64,000 bases of DNA from a virus. Taxonomy: Duplodnaviria; Caudoviricetes. The notes below the pieces were generated by a model. It worked only from the letters and a program-made list of their open reading frames with translations. It was not told the DNA's origin and did not search any database. The position numbers were made by a program, and so were the translations under genes. Shown in pieces: positions 18,778 through 28,189 of this stretch. How positions within the stretch are numbered: position 1 is the first letter of the stretch; every line of letters begins with the position of its first letter. The stretch spans positions 1-64,000 of the IMG/VR virus record IMGVR_UViG_2657245668_000002; one strand, 5' to 3'.

Positions 18778-20441
18778 CAGTAGTGCTCCGTATGCATCAT
18801 GTCGCGCGCTTGCTGGGCCAGTTGAGTGGTGGCCTGTAGCACCCCGTCACGGATGGATTCACTATCACCGCCCACGGTACCCACATTGATAATATTGTGT
18901 TGTTCCAGTCTGACATCACCACGGGGCGGGGATGCGGCAACTGATTGCATGGGGGTGGTTTGGCGGTCGCTGTAGCCCTGAATCTCTTCCCATGAACGTT
19001 TGGGCTGGGCGTAATTTGATGAAGGTAGCGAGGCCCACACACCACCAAGCCCGCTGGTGGCATCAGCAAAATTCCCGTTCGTCACATTTTCTAGCTGACC
19101 GGCACGTTGAATAAGAAACAACGCGGCGAGATCCTGACTGCGTGGTGAAAAGTCGGTCAAATTAAGCGCTTTGACGGCATCATCCCAAGAGCCGCTGGTG
19201 AACTGATAACGACCGGCAGCCGAGGTTTTATTTTTAGTGCCGTCCGTTTGCGTGAACTCTTTTAATTGCCGTGGGTGGTCGCTGCTGTCATAGAATTGGT
19301 CGCCGCCAAACATCGTGTTATAGCCAGAATTAGCATAACTGGCGGTTCCCTCGGCTTTGGATAGCACCTCCAGATACTGGCGAACGTTGGGATCATCAAC
19401 CAGATTATTAAGGTCGCTGCTATCACTGGGGTAAGGCACGCCGGGGTTATTTTTAGCCCAGTTCTGCCGCCCTATCGCATCAGGATTACTCATGGCTTTG
19501 GCATCGTCGGCACTGGTAAAAATATTACCGGGCGTTAATGCCGCCGCCGCGCCGATGGTGACCGGATTGACCAGCAAGCGTGACAACCAGCCGCGCCCAC
19601 CAGCAGCACCTGCGGGTGGTTTCCCGCCACCGGGCAACATGCCGCCGACAAACTTTAATGCGCCGGCGGTACCGGCCAGACCGGCAGCAGTCAAAATCGC
19701 TTTGGAGACTTCGGGATTTTCTTTAATAAACTGATTAATACTTTCTAATAACGCATTGATGATTGGCAGTAAGTCGCCACCCATTGAACGGGCCAGATTG
19801 TCAAAGTTAGTCGCCAGATCCGCCATCTCTTTATTAAACTCATTGGCTGAGTCAATAAGTTTGGGATCGAGCGGTTTATATAACTCTTCAAAATTTTTCA
19901 GTGAGGCATTAAGCCCCTTGCTACCTCCCTCCAATAAGCGGGTAAAAGGATCATTATCACCGCTGCCAATTCCGCTGCGCAGATTTCGCCGCTGGTCATT
20001 ATCCATTTTGCCGTAAGCATCTATAAGATACTTGAGCGAGTCCATACCGGTTTTATTGGCAAATTCCGTCGGGTTAAATGCACCATTCCAATAGGCTTTA
20101 TCGCCTAACTCCCCTTGTCTGGCACGCTGTTGCAGGTCAGGGATTTTCTGCACAATCTGATTAGCCGCATCCGGACTAAGACCAAGACTGCGCATCGCAT
20201 AACGCAGACCATCGATCTGTTTAACGGTAAAGTTGGTGATTTTACTCAGCCTGTCCATTTCTAATACTGAGGCAGATAAATCAGCAGTCAGGGCTTTTAA
20301 GCCAACACCGGTACCGGCTGCGGCGGCCAGTTGCAATATGCCGTCTTTAATCCCTTTAACAGCATCATTGGCGGTTTGAAAGCTCTTTGCATCTGTTTCC
20401 AGGCCAAGGGAAACCAATAGAGAATCAATTGTCTCTGACAT
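18777..20441 (-). CDS. Tape measure protein with lambda-type lysozyme (GH104) domain
   Basis: Start MSETIDSLLVSLG at 20441 (GAGG SD); SKAEGT..GYNTMFGG..HPR..SAAGRYQF..DFSPRSQD..WASLP. Confidence 0.88.
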   Translation of the reverse strand: MSETIDSLLVSLGLETDAKSFQTANDAVKGIKDGILQLAAAAGTGVGLKALTADLSASVLEMDRLSKITNFTVKQIDGLRYAMRSLGLSPDAANQIVQKIPDLQQRARQGELGDKAYWNGAFNPTEFANKTGMDSLKYLIDAYGKMDNDQRRNLRSGIGSGDNDPFTRLLEGGSKGLNASLKNFEELYKPLDPKLIDSANEFNKEMADLATNFDNLARSMGGDLLPIINALLESINQFIKENPEVSKAILTAAGLAGTAGALKFVGGMLPGGGKPPAGAAGGRGWLSRLLVNPVTIGAAAALTPGNIFTSADDAKAMSNPDAIGRQNWAKNNPGVPYPSDSSDLNNLVDDPNVRQYLEVLSKAEGTASYANSGYNTMFGGDQFYDSSDHPRQLKEFTQTDGTKNKTSAAGRYQFTSGSWDDAVKALNLTDFSPRSQDLAALFLIQRAGQLENVTNGNFADATSGLGGVWASLPSSNYAQPKRSWEEIQGYSDRQTTPMQSVAASPPRGDVRLEQHNIINVGTVGGDSESIRDGVLQATTQLAQQARDMMHTEHY

Positions 20442-20563
20442 GGAAACCTCATATTTTAGGTATAAAAAAACCCGCGCGATGGCGGGTTTGATATGGCTCA
20501 AAGGTAACTATTAGTTATATTTTATCATTTTACTTATTGGGTTATTGCCCCTATAAAATCACA

Positions 20564-22069
20564 TTAGATCATCTCAGGAAATTCTTCTTCGACTCTAGAC
20601 GTAACAGTCTCTGATTTTATCTTTTCGTTAGCTCTAGCCGCAATAATAGCTTGAGATTCCCTGTACTCTGGAGCCCTAGCAAACTCATCAAATGATGCAT
20701 CATAACCGAGTTCGCGAACTTTACTTTCAATATCAGATAACGGAACGCGGAAGAACTCTTTTCGATTATTAACCAAGTTAATACGCCGTTTCGAAAACTG
20801 TTGGTGAAGACTGGTCTCGAGAGAAGGGGCATCAACAGAGTAAATTAGTGCGTGTATGTCATATTTAAATGGAACAGAAGCCGAACCAAGTTCATTTACA
20901 CGATCTTCTGGTTCTAATCTGCGAGTTAAGCCGATTTTATAAATATCCTCCCCAAAAGCTCCAATATTTGAAATTACATATACGTGCCCACTTCTAGTTA
21001 ATTGTGCCTGTGATTTAGCTCGTTCAGACAAAGCACGAGCCTCTTCGAGTTGAGACTCTAGTTCAGAAATTCTAGCTTCAATCTGTTCTTTCTGCTCTTG
21101 GTTGGCTTTATCTAACTCTTTACGCGCCCGTTCCATTGCTTTTTCGAAGTCCCGTTCGGCTTTCAATTCTTCTTTTATCGCTTTGTCATATTCACGCTGG
21201 GCCTTTTCTTCCTCTCGTTGAAGCTCTCGATCCTCCCTCAAAATCTCCCTTTCTTTTTGTAGCTTAAGCTCTTTCTCATGACATAGAGTAAGCTCTTCCA
21301 GTCGAAGATTAAGATAGTTGCGAGTTATACTGATATTCATAGAATGACCGAACTTATTCAACGCATCGAAAGCAGTTTCAATTCTCTTATGTAACTGAGC
21401 AATATTTCCAGATTTTACCTTAGCTATAGCTGCATCACATTCGCTGTTAAACGCTCTTGTCAGCAATTTGACATAGCGTTTAATCATTTTTCCGCCTTCA
21501 GCCTTACTTCCATTCACCGTCCAATTAGTATCAGAGTCACAAGCTGCATCTTGACGTATAAGTGCCTTTTGGCGCTCTTTATTGCGTGTTATTGCTTCTT
21601 GGAAGGCTACCGAGTCATGGTAATCGAAACGAGGTTTATAAATGCCAAACTCAACCATATCAGCATCATCACTAACCTGAGAAAGTTTTTCTGTTAACTC
21701 TAAAAGCCGTGCTCTTTTTTCTCTATACTCTTCTTTTAACAAAATAAGTTCGCGCCGTTGTTCAGAAAGCTGCCGCTCTGATTCGTTTTCCTTTCTTTCG
21801 ATTTCATTTAGTTTTTCTTTTACTTCATTATCGATAGATTCTTTCGCGGTTTTTTCTTCTAGCTCTAGAGTTTTTCTGCGTTCTTTTTCTTCACTATCAA
21901 GTTCTTTTCGTAATCTCTCAGCCTCTTTTTCTATATCAACTATTTTGCTATATCTTTCGATATTTGCTCCATATTGCTTTTTTTCCTTATTTCTAACGTA
22001 TAAAAGTATCAATACAACAATGGATAAAACGGCACAGACAGCAACCAATCCCCAAATCATCGGATCCAT
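20564..22069 (-). CDS. DUF4041 + T5orf172/MUG113 (GIY-YIG-like) protein, membrane anchored (moron)
   Basis: N-terminal TM, long coiled coil, RAFNSECD, GHVYVISNIGAFG..YKIGLTRR..RV.EL..ASVPF..LE..LH..KEFF. Confidence 0.88.
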   Translation of the reverse strand: MDPMIWGLVAVCAVLSIVVLILLYVRNKEKKQYGANIERYSKIVDIEKEAERLRKELDSEEKERRKTLELEEKTAKESIDNEVKEKLNEIERKENESERQLSEQRRELILLKEEYREKRARLLELTEKLSQVSDDADMVEFGIYKPRFDYHDSVAFQEAITRNKERQKALIRQDAACDSDTNWTVNGSKAEGGKMIKRYVKLLTRAFNSECDAAIAKVKSGNIAQLHKRIETAFDALNKFGHSMNISITRNYLNLRLEELTLCHEKELKLQKEREILREDRELQREEEKAQREYDKAIKEELKAERDFEKAMERARKELDKANQEQKEQIEARISELESQLEEARALSERAKSQAQLTRSGHVYVISNIGAFGEDIYKIGLTRRLEPEDRVNELGSASVPFKYDIHALIYSVDAPSLETSLHQQFSKRRINLVNNRKEFFRVPLSDIESKVRELGYDASFDEFARAPEYRESQAIIAARANEKIKSETVTSRVEEEFPEMI

Positions 22070-22160
22070 TCCATCAAATAAAAAGATACAAGAATTGTAT
22101 CAAAATATATCTAATAGTTCATCGGTTACTATTAAGCTAAACCCTCATAGCGTTGATTGT

Positions 22161-22711
22161 TTATGCTTTTCCCCTTTCCACCACCGCCATAATCTCATCC
22201 AACACCTCATGCATCAGTTGCACATCATCAATGGTGTAAGTGCCATCCAGCATATCTGACCATCTTGCCAGTGGCGGGCAATGTTGCCCGGCACCGGCAC
22301 AAGGTCGCCATAAAAACCAGTCTACGCGGGAGGGTGCTGCGGATTGTTTTCCGCGCTTTTTCCCTCGCCGCTGAGTTGCCAAAAAGGGCCGATATTTTCC
22401 CTCAGTACCTGCCCCAGCAATACCAGGTAATTATGGGCTTCATCCTGGAACAGGTTTTCGCCCACCGGGATATTATCGGATTGGCGAACGATGCTACCGC
22501 TGTTAAAACACAGCTCTTTCAAGCGGTTTAAGCTCATCATATCGACGGAAGCTAAACTGGCGGCCATACCCATTGCGGTGACATTGGGGTTGATCGCCGG
22601 TAACAAACCAGACTTAGCCGCGATTTGCAGCATTTCGACCTGATCTCTGGCCGGTGATGTTGCCCCGCGAAAAAGGGTGTCACCGATCACGACTTCAATT
22701 TGACGCCCCAT
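22161..22711 (-). CDS. Tail assembly chaperone pair (G/GT) with -1 programmed frameshift
   Basis: ORF 22322-22711 and -1 frame ORF ending at 22161; slippery G GGA AAA at 22358-22364; lies between tube and tape measure genes. Confidence 0.85.
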
Positions 22712-22713
22712 AA

Positions 22714-23118
22714 TTAAGTTTCCTCAGAGTCAGCAAATTCAAAAATAAATTGTTCATCAGACACACCACTTTTCCCGGCGCGGGTGGCTGAACCACGGTT
22801 AGTCATAATGCCGTCGAATCCGGCAAAACGTTCGTCAGTGCCGGTCTGTGAAAAGGTAAAAGTGGCATCAATACCGGATTTCTCCACCGCCAATAACTGG
22901 CGGGCCTGCACCGAGCCGGGGATCAGGTTGATGGTCAACCGTTTGGCGCGAGTTTTATTGTCCAGCCGTACTGACGTGCCGCCGATACCGCGTTTTAGCG
23001 CGGCGCGGGGTTCTAAATCTTCAATGGTGATCGGTGGGTCGGTATCACCAAAATCATCAATCGGGATACCAAAGACGGTGAGGTTAGAGCCATCAGCGCC
23101 GTATCTGTGCATGGTCAT
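22714..23118 (-). CDS. Tail tube protein
   Basis: 134 aa beta-rich protein downstream of the sheath gene. Confidence 0.75.
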   Translation of the reverse strand: MTMHRYGADGSNLTVFGIPIDDFGDTDPPITIEDLEPRAALKRGIGGTSVRLDNKTRAKRLTINLIPGSVQARQLLAVEKSGIDATFTFSQTGTDERFAGFDGIMTNRGSATRAGKSGVSDEQFIFEFADSEET

Positions 23119-23124
23119 AAGGGA

Positions 23125-23607
23125 TTACTCCACGGTGGCATTGATTTCAGCGATATGACCGGCACGGCCTAAAATCACTAACAAGGTGGTTAATGGGAAA
23201 ACACGTTTTTTGCGTTGGTCTGAGGTCAGCGCAAGGACATCTTCCGGGCGGGAGCGGATAACAAAACCAAAATCAGCCACTTTAGTCACGCCATCGTCAG
23301 GATCAACATAAGAGCCGGTACCCAGCACACCGTTATTGAAAAAGCGTTTGCAGGTAGTGGCAACCGTAGACAGTAACCCGTCATAGTCGCGTGGTGTCAG
23401 TGCGCGCTTGGTGCCAACATTAGCAATGTAGTTGTAGCCATCCACCTGAATATGGTTTTTCAACACATCCAGATTGACCACATCATCAATAAATTCGCCA
23501 TAGGACGACATCGATTTACTGTTGATCACCCGGCTGTTATCAATTTGCCCGGCCAGTTCAATTTTAGTGAAAAACACCGCGTTCTTGGCTTTTAGATAAT
23601 AATCCAG
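23125..23607 (-). pseudogene. Tail sheath (DUF3383-like) C-terminal fragment
   Basis: GEFIDDVVNLD.LK, NNGVL..G, R.KR, GRAGH.AEINATV; only ~160 codons, 5' part replaced by integrase sequence. Confidence 0.8.
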
Positions 23608-24191
23608 TGACACCGACACGCTCAGCTAAACCGGTGGTGAAACGTGAGCGCCTGGAACTGGATCAGTATCTCGCTATTCGTGAGGTCGCTGACACATTAC
23701 CGGCGTGGTTCGGGTTATCAATGGATCTGGCGCTAGTCACTGGCCAACGCCGTGAGGATTTATCTCTGATGCGCTTTGACCAGATTGTTGATGGCAGATT
23801 ACAGATAGACCAAGGCAAAACCGGAGCCATGATCTCCCTGCCCTTAGATCTTGAACTTAAAGCCGTTGGCCTACGCCTTAGCACCGTGATTGAACAATGT
23901 AAATTAGCCAGTAAAACAGACTTTATGATAAGTGCTGGCATCAGAAAAAATAGCCCTGACGGATCACTACATCCAGATAGCCTGACAAAGAAATTCGTAA
24001 CGGCGAGAAAAGGAACAGATTTTCGTTTTGATGAGAGTCCGCCAACTTTTCACGAGATCAGAAGTCTCGCTGGGCGATTGTATGAAAAGGAAAAAGGTAA
24101 AGAATTTGCGATGAAACTGCTGGGGCATAAATCGGAGAAGATGACGAACAAGTATCTTGATACGAGAGGGAAAGAATACGTGATGCTATAA
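23607..24191 (+). pseudogene. int: Lambda-type tyrosine integrase, catalytic-domain fragment
   Basis: LALVTGQRREDL, Q.KTG, FHEIRSL, LLGH, KYLD (R-K-H-R-H-Y); arm- and core-binding domains missing. Confidence 0.9.
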
Positions 24192-24293
24192 AAGACCGAA
24201 TATCAGATTTCGATAAAATTTCGATAAATTTCGATAAACCACAAAATTCACCTTTAAAATCAACAGCTTAAAAAGAGACCGAATACGATTCCT
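24075..24293 (+). repeat. 219-bp direct repeat copy 2: integrase 3' end + att site (SdsR/RyeB-type core)
   Basis: Matches 9841-10059; reverse complement of 24270-24293 is AGGAATCGTATTCGGTCTCTTTTT, as recalled for the sdsR 3' terminator; IHF-like AATCAACAGCTTA. Confidence 0.92.
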
Positions 24294-24457
24294 AAAGGTG
24301 AGAATTCTCAATTTTATCTATATAAAACAATAAGATAACCAGAGTTATGACCTTTAGCCTACGTTTAACACCGTCTTTAAAAGATCAACATGATCATATA
24401 CTTATCAGCTATTTCGAAAATTCTCGGGAAAATTTCGAGCGCTAAAATGAGGAAAAC

Positions 24458-24670
24458 ATGACTTCAACACTGTTTATAGTCTGCCTAATGCTGACAGCCG
24501 TAATGATCACCATCCACCCTGCTCTCTGCGTTCCGTTTGTTATCGTCGCTTACCTGCTGGCGGGCAAAGGCAATATACACATGGACAGTAACACCAGTAT
24601 CATTTTAGGTATCATCGGATTTATTCTGTTATTGGTTCTGTTCGTCATTGTGAAAGATACCCTCGAATAA
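24458..24670 (+). CDS. Small membrane protein
   Basis: 70 aa, very hydrophobic, GAGG SD. Confidence 0.6.
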   Translation: MTSTLFIVCLMLTAVMITIHPALCVPFVIVAYLLAGKGNIHMDSNTSIILGIIGFILLLVLFVIVKDTLE

Positions 24671-24713
24671 TTATTGGTGCTGTAATATGGATTAATCGTT
24701 ACTCAATCTGACA

Positions 24714-24737
24714 GTCGGTTAAGAGCGAGGAGCAGAA
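24714..24737 (+). repeat. Cassette-boundary palindrome, type B
   Basis: GTCGGTT-AA-GAGCGA-GG-AGCAGAA. Confidence 0.7.
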
Positions 24738-24781
24738 ACCGTGTCTATGAGTAATGAATTCAACATTAATGATGTGTAGTT

Positions 24782-25642
24782 TTACAATCTATCACGAAGG
24801 AATTTCACCCCAAAAAAATGGCCTTTGTTCTTCTCTAGTATGCCGAGGTTTAAATCGTGAAAGTACCACATTAGCTTCGTTTTTTTTGGTTGTTCTAGTG
24901 ATGGGATTTGTAATTTCCCATCTTTATATAATTGAGATATAAAATGGCTATCATTAATTTATGGGTCTATAGAGTTAATTGTATCTTCGCAATGTATTGC
25001 ATAGCCAAATATTTCCAGTGTATGACCAGTGCATGTTACAGGATTTAGCATATATGGTTGGTTAGGCGGTATATCTCTTTCAAGATACATACGGCGTATG
25101 TGAAAAAACTTAAGCGCATCCTCGCTGCCGTGGTAAAATACACTGTGAGGGGCGATAGCAACTATGGTGAAAGTATCTTTTGAAACATCAGCGAAGATAA
25201 GATAGTTGCTTCGCCCTTTCGGGTTTTTGTTATTTCTTGGTGCAAAATGAAAGTGATACAGTCCTTCTCTGAGGACAAAAGAATCTATATCTTTCCCTTT
25301 GCTTTTCAAAGAAGCACCAGGCAAAACAACACCATGCGTTCTAACTTGTTCAGATAGATATTGGTTTAGATCATCACCGTTAATGACTTTATTTAGAAAT
25401 CCTTTTATGTCAGGGTATTTGTTTATGAAAATATTGAAGTCTATCCCCATAGGAAAGACCTTAATGGTTCGTTTTCTTACCGGGACAGTTCTGATCTTCC
25501 ATGTGATATAATTGGAAATGATTACTCTTGTCGGCATCTTTTCGAGTTCTGCTATTGCCATAGGAGTATTAGGAACCTTCGGTAATTCCTTAATCATCAT
25601 TTGTCTGAAACGCTCTATACTAGCTGAATATTCGTCACTCAT
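24782..25642 (-). pseudogene. Uncharacterised cargo gene interrupted by one TAA (24959-24961)
   Basis: Reading through the stop gives 58 more sense codons (INDSHFISQLYK...WYFHDLNLGILEK..RDRL*); GDDLNQYLS and GLYHFHF motifs. Confidence 0.6.
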
Positions 25643-25771
25643 ATCTTCTGTTTCGCTGCATTACAAATGGCTCACTGGTATCGGTATCAACATAAAACCA
25701 TATGAGACAATTTTCAATTCATAAACGCCTGACCTGCTCATCGTTGATTAGCCTATTTTATTCTTAGCTAG

Positions 25772-25845
25772 GTCCGTTTTTGGCACAAAGTCGCCGGCAC
25801 ATTGTACACCAGATATCGACAGGCAGCTTCGAGCGAGGAGCGGAC
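25772..25845 (+). repeat. Paired cassette-boundary palindromes A+B
   Basis: GTCCGTT-TT-TGGCAC-AA-AGTCGCC, 26 nt, GGCAGCT-TC-GAGCGA-GG-AGCGGAC. Confidence 0.8.
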
Positions 25846-26096
25846 ATAAAACTCTTTTAGTTGCGTGCCATTTTTTGCCGGGTCAGTGCTATTTTTTTTA
25901 CGGAGTCCTATCGGGCCATCAGGCTGCCAATCGTAACATATATACCGTCCCTTCTAGTGAGTTGAATAGTCATATTGAGAGCCAATGCAATATGGCTGAC
26001 CCTTTAAAAAAGCAAAGGTGGAGGGAGACATTTTTTAGAATCTCCCTATATTGCTTTAGGTATTAGCTGTAGAACTTGCTTTAGAAAACCAAGAGA

Positions 26097-27704
26097 TCAT
26101 GATGGAATACTTTGTTGCGTCACTCTCTCTAGTATTTCTAAAATTTCATTTACGAAGTGTTTAGCTAAGTCTGTGCTTTTTCTTGTTTTGATATCTTTGA
26201 TATTTAGGACTGACCATTTTTTACATTTTGCTTCATCATAAGATTCCCAAGATTTTTTTTGCAAAATGTCGTGAGAATAGTGAGCGTAAAACTCCTTATC
26301 TGAATATATGAACACTACCCATAAAGATACTTTAGGGAGTAATTGTAATTTAGGATTTAATTCAACCTTGAATATATTATTTTCATAATAGCTTGTATAT
26401 TCAAACCCTGATATATAACTTTCGTTGGTTTTTACATCTTTTAGAACCAACTCTTCTTCATGATGCCTTCTAGAGAAAAAAGAATCCATTCGTCGGCTGG
26501 TTAAACCTAAAAGATCATCAATATACTCGTTTTTCTTCTTTACAATAATTTTTTCTGGTTTCACGTACTCTTTTTTTATTACTACTCGAGATGAGTAGGT
26601 TTGAGAAGCAAAAAGATTATTTTTCTTACTCAGCCAATCACCTATTTGTTCTTTGTTTGGCACGAATTTAACTGAACTATTATCAATATTTAAATTAAAG
26701 GCATCTTTTACATATTTAGGTATGGATTTTTCCAGACTGTCTTGGAATCCACCGAGCAAGGGCTCTATAGTCTTTTCATCAAAACAAATACTGCTTGAAC
26801 GAGCTGCTATAGCCTTTAGTTTTTCAGCCAATGAGTGTGATTCATTTTTTTCATCACTTTCCTCAGGAACAGTAGTTGTTTCTGTCTTAACCCCTATTTT
26901 ATTCATGAGCTGAGATATCTGCTGCGTTGTGATTTTACCAAATCCGTCGAGATATGAACCTTGCATCACAAATATAGGTTGCTGAGTATCAGAGTCAGCA
27001 GAGAATGCAGAGAATGCATCCGCTAGTTCTTTTGATAGATCAATATATCGCACATCTCTCTCTTGATCTAAAATGCAGCTTATTAGCTGATCTGTGAAGT
27101 AACTCATTCCCTTTCTATCAGCGTATGATACTTGATTATCTCTTGATGAGAAGAAATAATAAATATTTTCAAGCTCAAGCTTTCCTGCTTGTTTTTGCAA
27201 GATTCTTTCTTTGTTCTCTCGGGAATCCTTTATATATTTAGTGCCGCTAAAACAAGCGTCAATTATCTTTGTGAACACCCTTGGTTTTGCTTCTCTTATT
27301 AGCCCATCAAGGTAGTCTTCAGATAGTCCCGTCGAATTTTTTCTTTTCTCTTGAAAGTCATTCAGGACATAATAGTATTGATCTTCAACTCTCTCTCCAT
27401 GACCACTAAAGTAGAAAACAATCTCATTTATTTTTCTTCCTTTATATTCTTCTATTAAAGAAATTATTTGATCTTTAATTATGCTCGATTTTTCATTTTT
27501 TAATATTATTGCTTTGTCGAACTTTTTTATCTCGATAGCAACAGCATGCATACGCTCAACATCTTTATCGCATGCCGGCAGTGCTTCATATGCGGGGCTT
27601 TCATACTGCGATACGCCTATAAAAATACCAAGATTAACTGCTTCAGAGGGGGCTTTTGCGTTACTCATTAACTGCTCATCCATGTAGTGTTTTTTAGGGC
27701 TCAA
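26097..27704 (-). CDS. Caspase-like (peptidase C14) protein with uncharacterised C-terminal domain
   Basis: IFIGVSQY..L.AC..D, FYFSGHG, IIDACFSG catalytic His/Cys, SS...QVS, QQP. Exact start uncertain (27686 or 27668 possible). Confidence 0.88.
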   Translation of the reverse strand: MSPKKHYMDEQLMSNAKAPSEAVNLGIFIGVSQYESPAYEALPACDKDVERMHAVAIEIKKFDKAIILKNEKSSIIKDQIISLIEEYKGRKINEIVFYFSGHGERVEDQYYYVLNDFQEKRKNSTGLSEDYLDGLIREAKPRVFTKIIDACFSGTKYIKDSRENKERILQKQAGKLELENIYYFFSSRDNQVSYADRKGMSYFTDQLISCILDQERDVRYIDLSKELADAFSAFSADSDTQQPIFVMQGSYLDGFGKITTQQISQLMNKIGVKTETTTVPEESDEKNESHSLAEKLKAIAARSSSICFDEKTIEPLLGGFQDSLEKSIPKYVKDAFNLNIDNSSVKFVPNKEQIGDWLSKKNNLFASQTYSSRVVIKKEYVKPEKIIVKKKNEYIDDLLGLTSRRMDSFFSRRHHEEELVLKDVKTNESYISGFEYTSYYENNIFKVELNPKLQLLPKVSLWVVFIYSDKEFYAHYSHDILQKKSWESYDEAKCKKWSVLNIKDIKTRKSTDLAKHFVNEILEILERVTQQSIPS

Positions 27705-27939
27705 TCATAACCAAATGGCACTAAACAACCTATACCAGAAAACAGTTTTTTTTGCAGGTCATTCATAAGAGATACATATCCAACACTCATCATTAACCAG
27801 TACACACGGGGTTTTCTATAACGAGGGGGAGCGAACCTAGCGAAGATCACATCTTTTAATCTCTTCTTCTGATATCTGTAAAAGCAACCCATAACTGAGC
27901 AAATAGAGCTATTCGTCATCCAACTAAGACATACTGTAG

Positions 27940-28005
27940 TCGCGCTGCTGGCACGAAGCGGACCGCCCGAAGCACCACGATGTCCGCTATGAGCGAAAAG
28001 CGGAA
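27940..28005 (+). repeat. Paired cassette-boundary palindromes A+B
   Basis: TCGCGCT-GC-TGGCAC-GA-AGCGGAC, 18 nt, GTCCGCT-AT-GAGCGA-AA-AGCGGAA. Confidence 0.8.
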
Positions 28006-28189
28006 GTTCAGAGTGCATATTTACATTGTTCTGTCTTCATAAATGGGGAACAGGTTAGGTCGCTGATACCGACCGTGAGATCTTCTATCAAATTGACTAA
28101 GTAGCTGCTAAACAAATTAAGTGCGATTATCGCTCTTTAAATATGTACACCTATATTTAAGGGGTACAAGTTGTAGTCAGAAGAAGAAA

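Larger units (their letters stand above)
10036..24293. mobile_element. Prophage remnant 2 (contractile tail module + truncated integrase)
   Basis: Bounded by two att cores; tail genes intact from tube to fibre; sheath and integrase fused at ~23607. Confidence 0.85.

Noticed and set aside
12489-23607. Headless contractile tail cluster as a tailocin or eCIS
   Set aside because: The sheath gene is truncated to its last third and fused to an integrase fragment; no dedicated regulator or lysis genes; a deletion remnant is the simpler explanation.
23607-24191. Integrase fragment as the recombinase for the cassette array
   Set aside because: It lacks N-terminal domains and a credible start, and is tied to the sdsR-type att core, which is unrelated to the palindromic sites.
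27701-28018. 105-aa ORF upstream of the caspase gene
   Set aside because: It runs across the palindromic repeat pair, has no recognisable motif or SD, and is likely spurious; the same applies to ORF 30653-30913.
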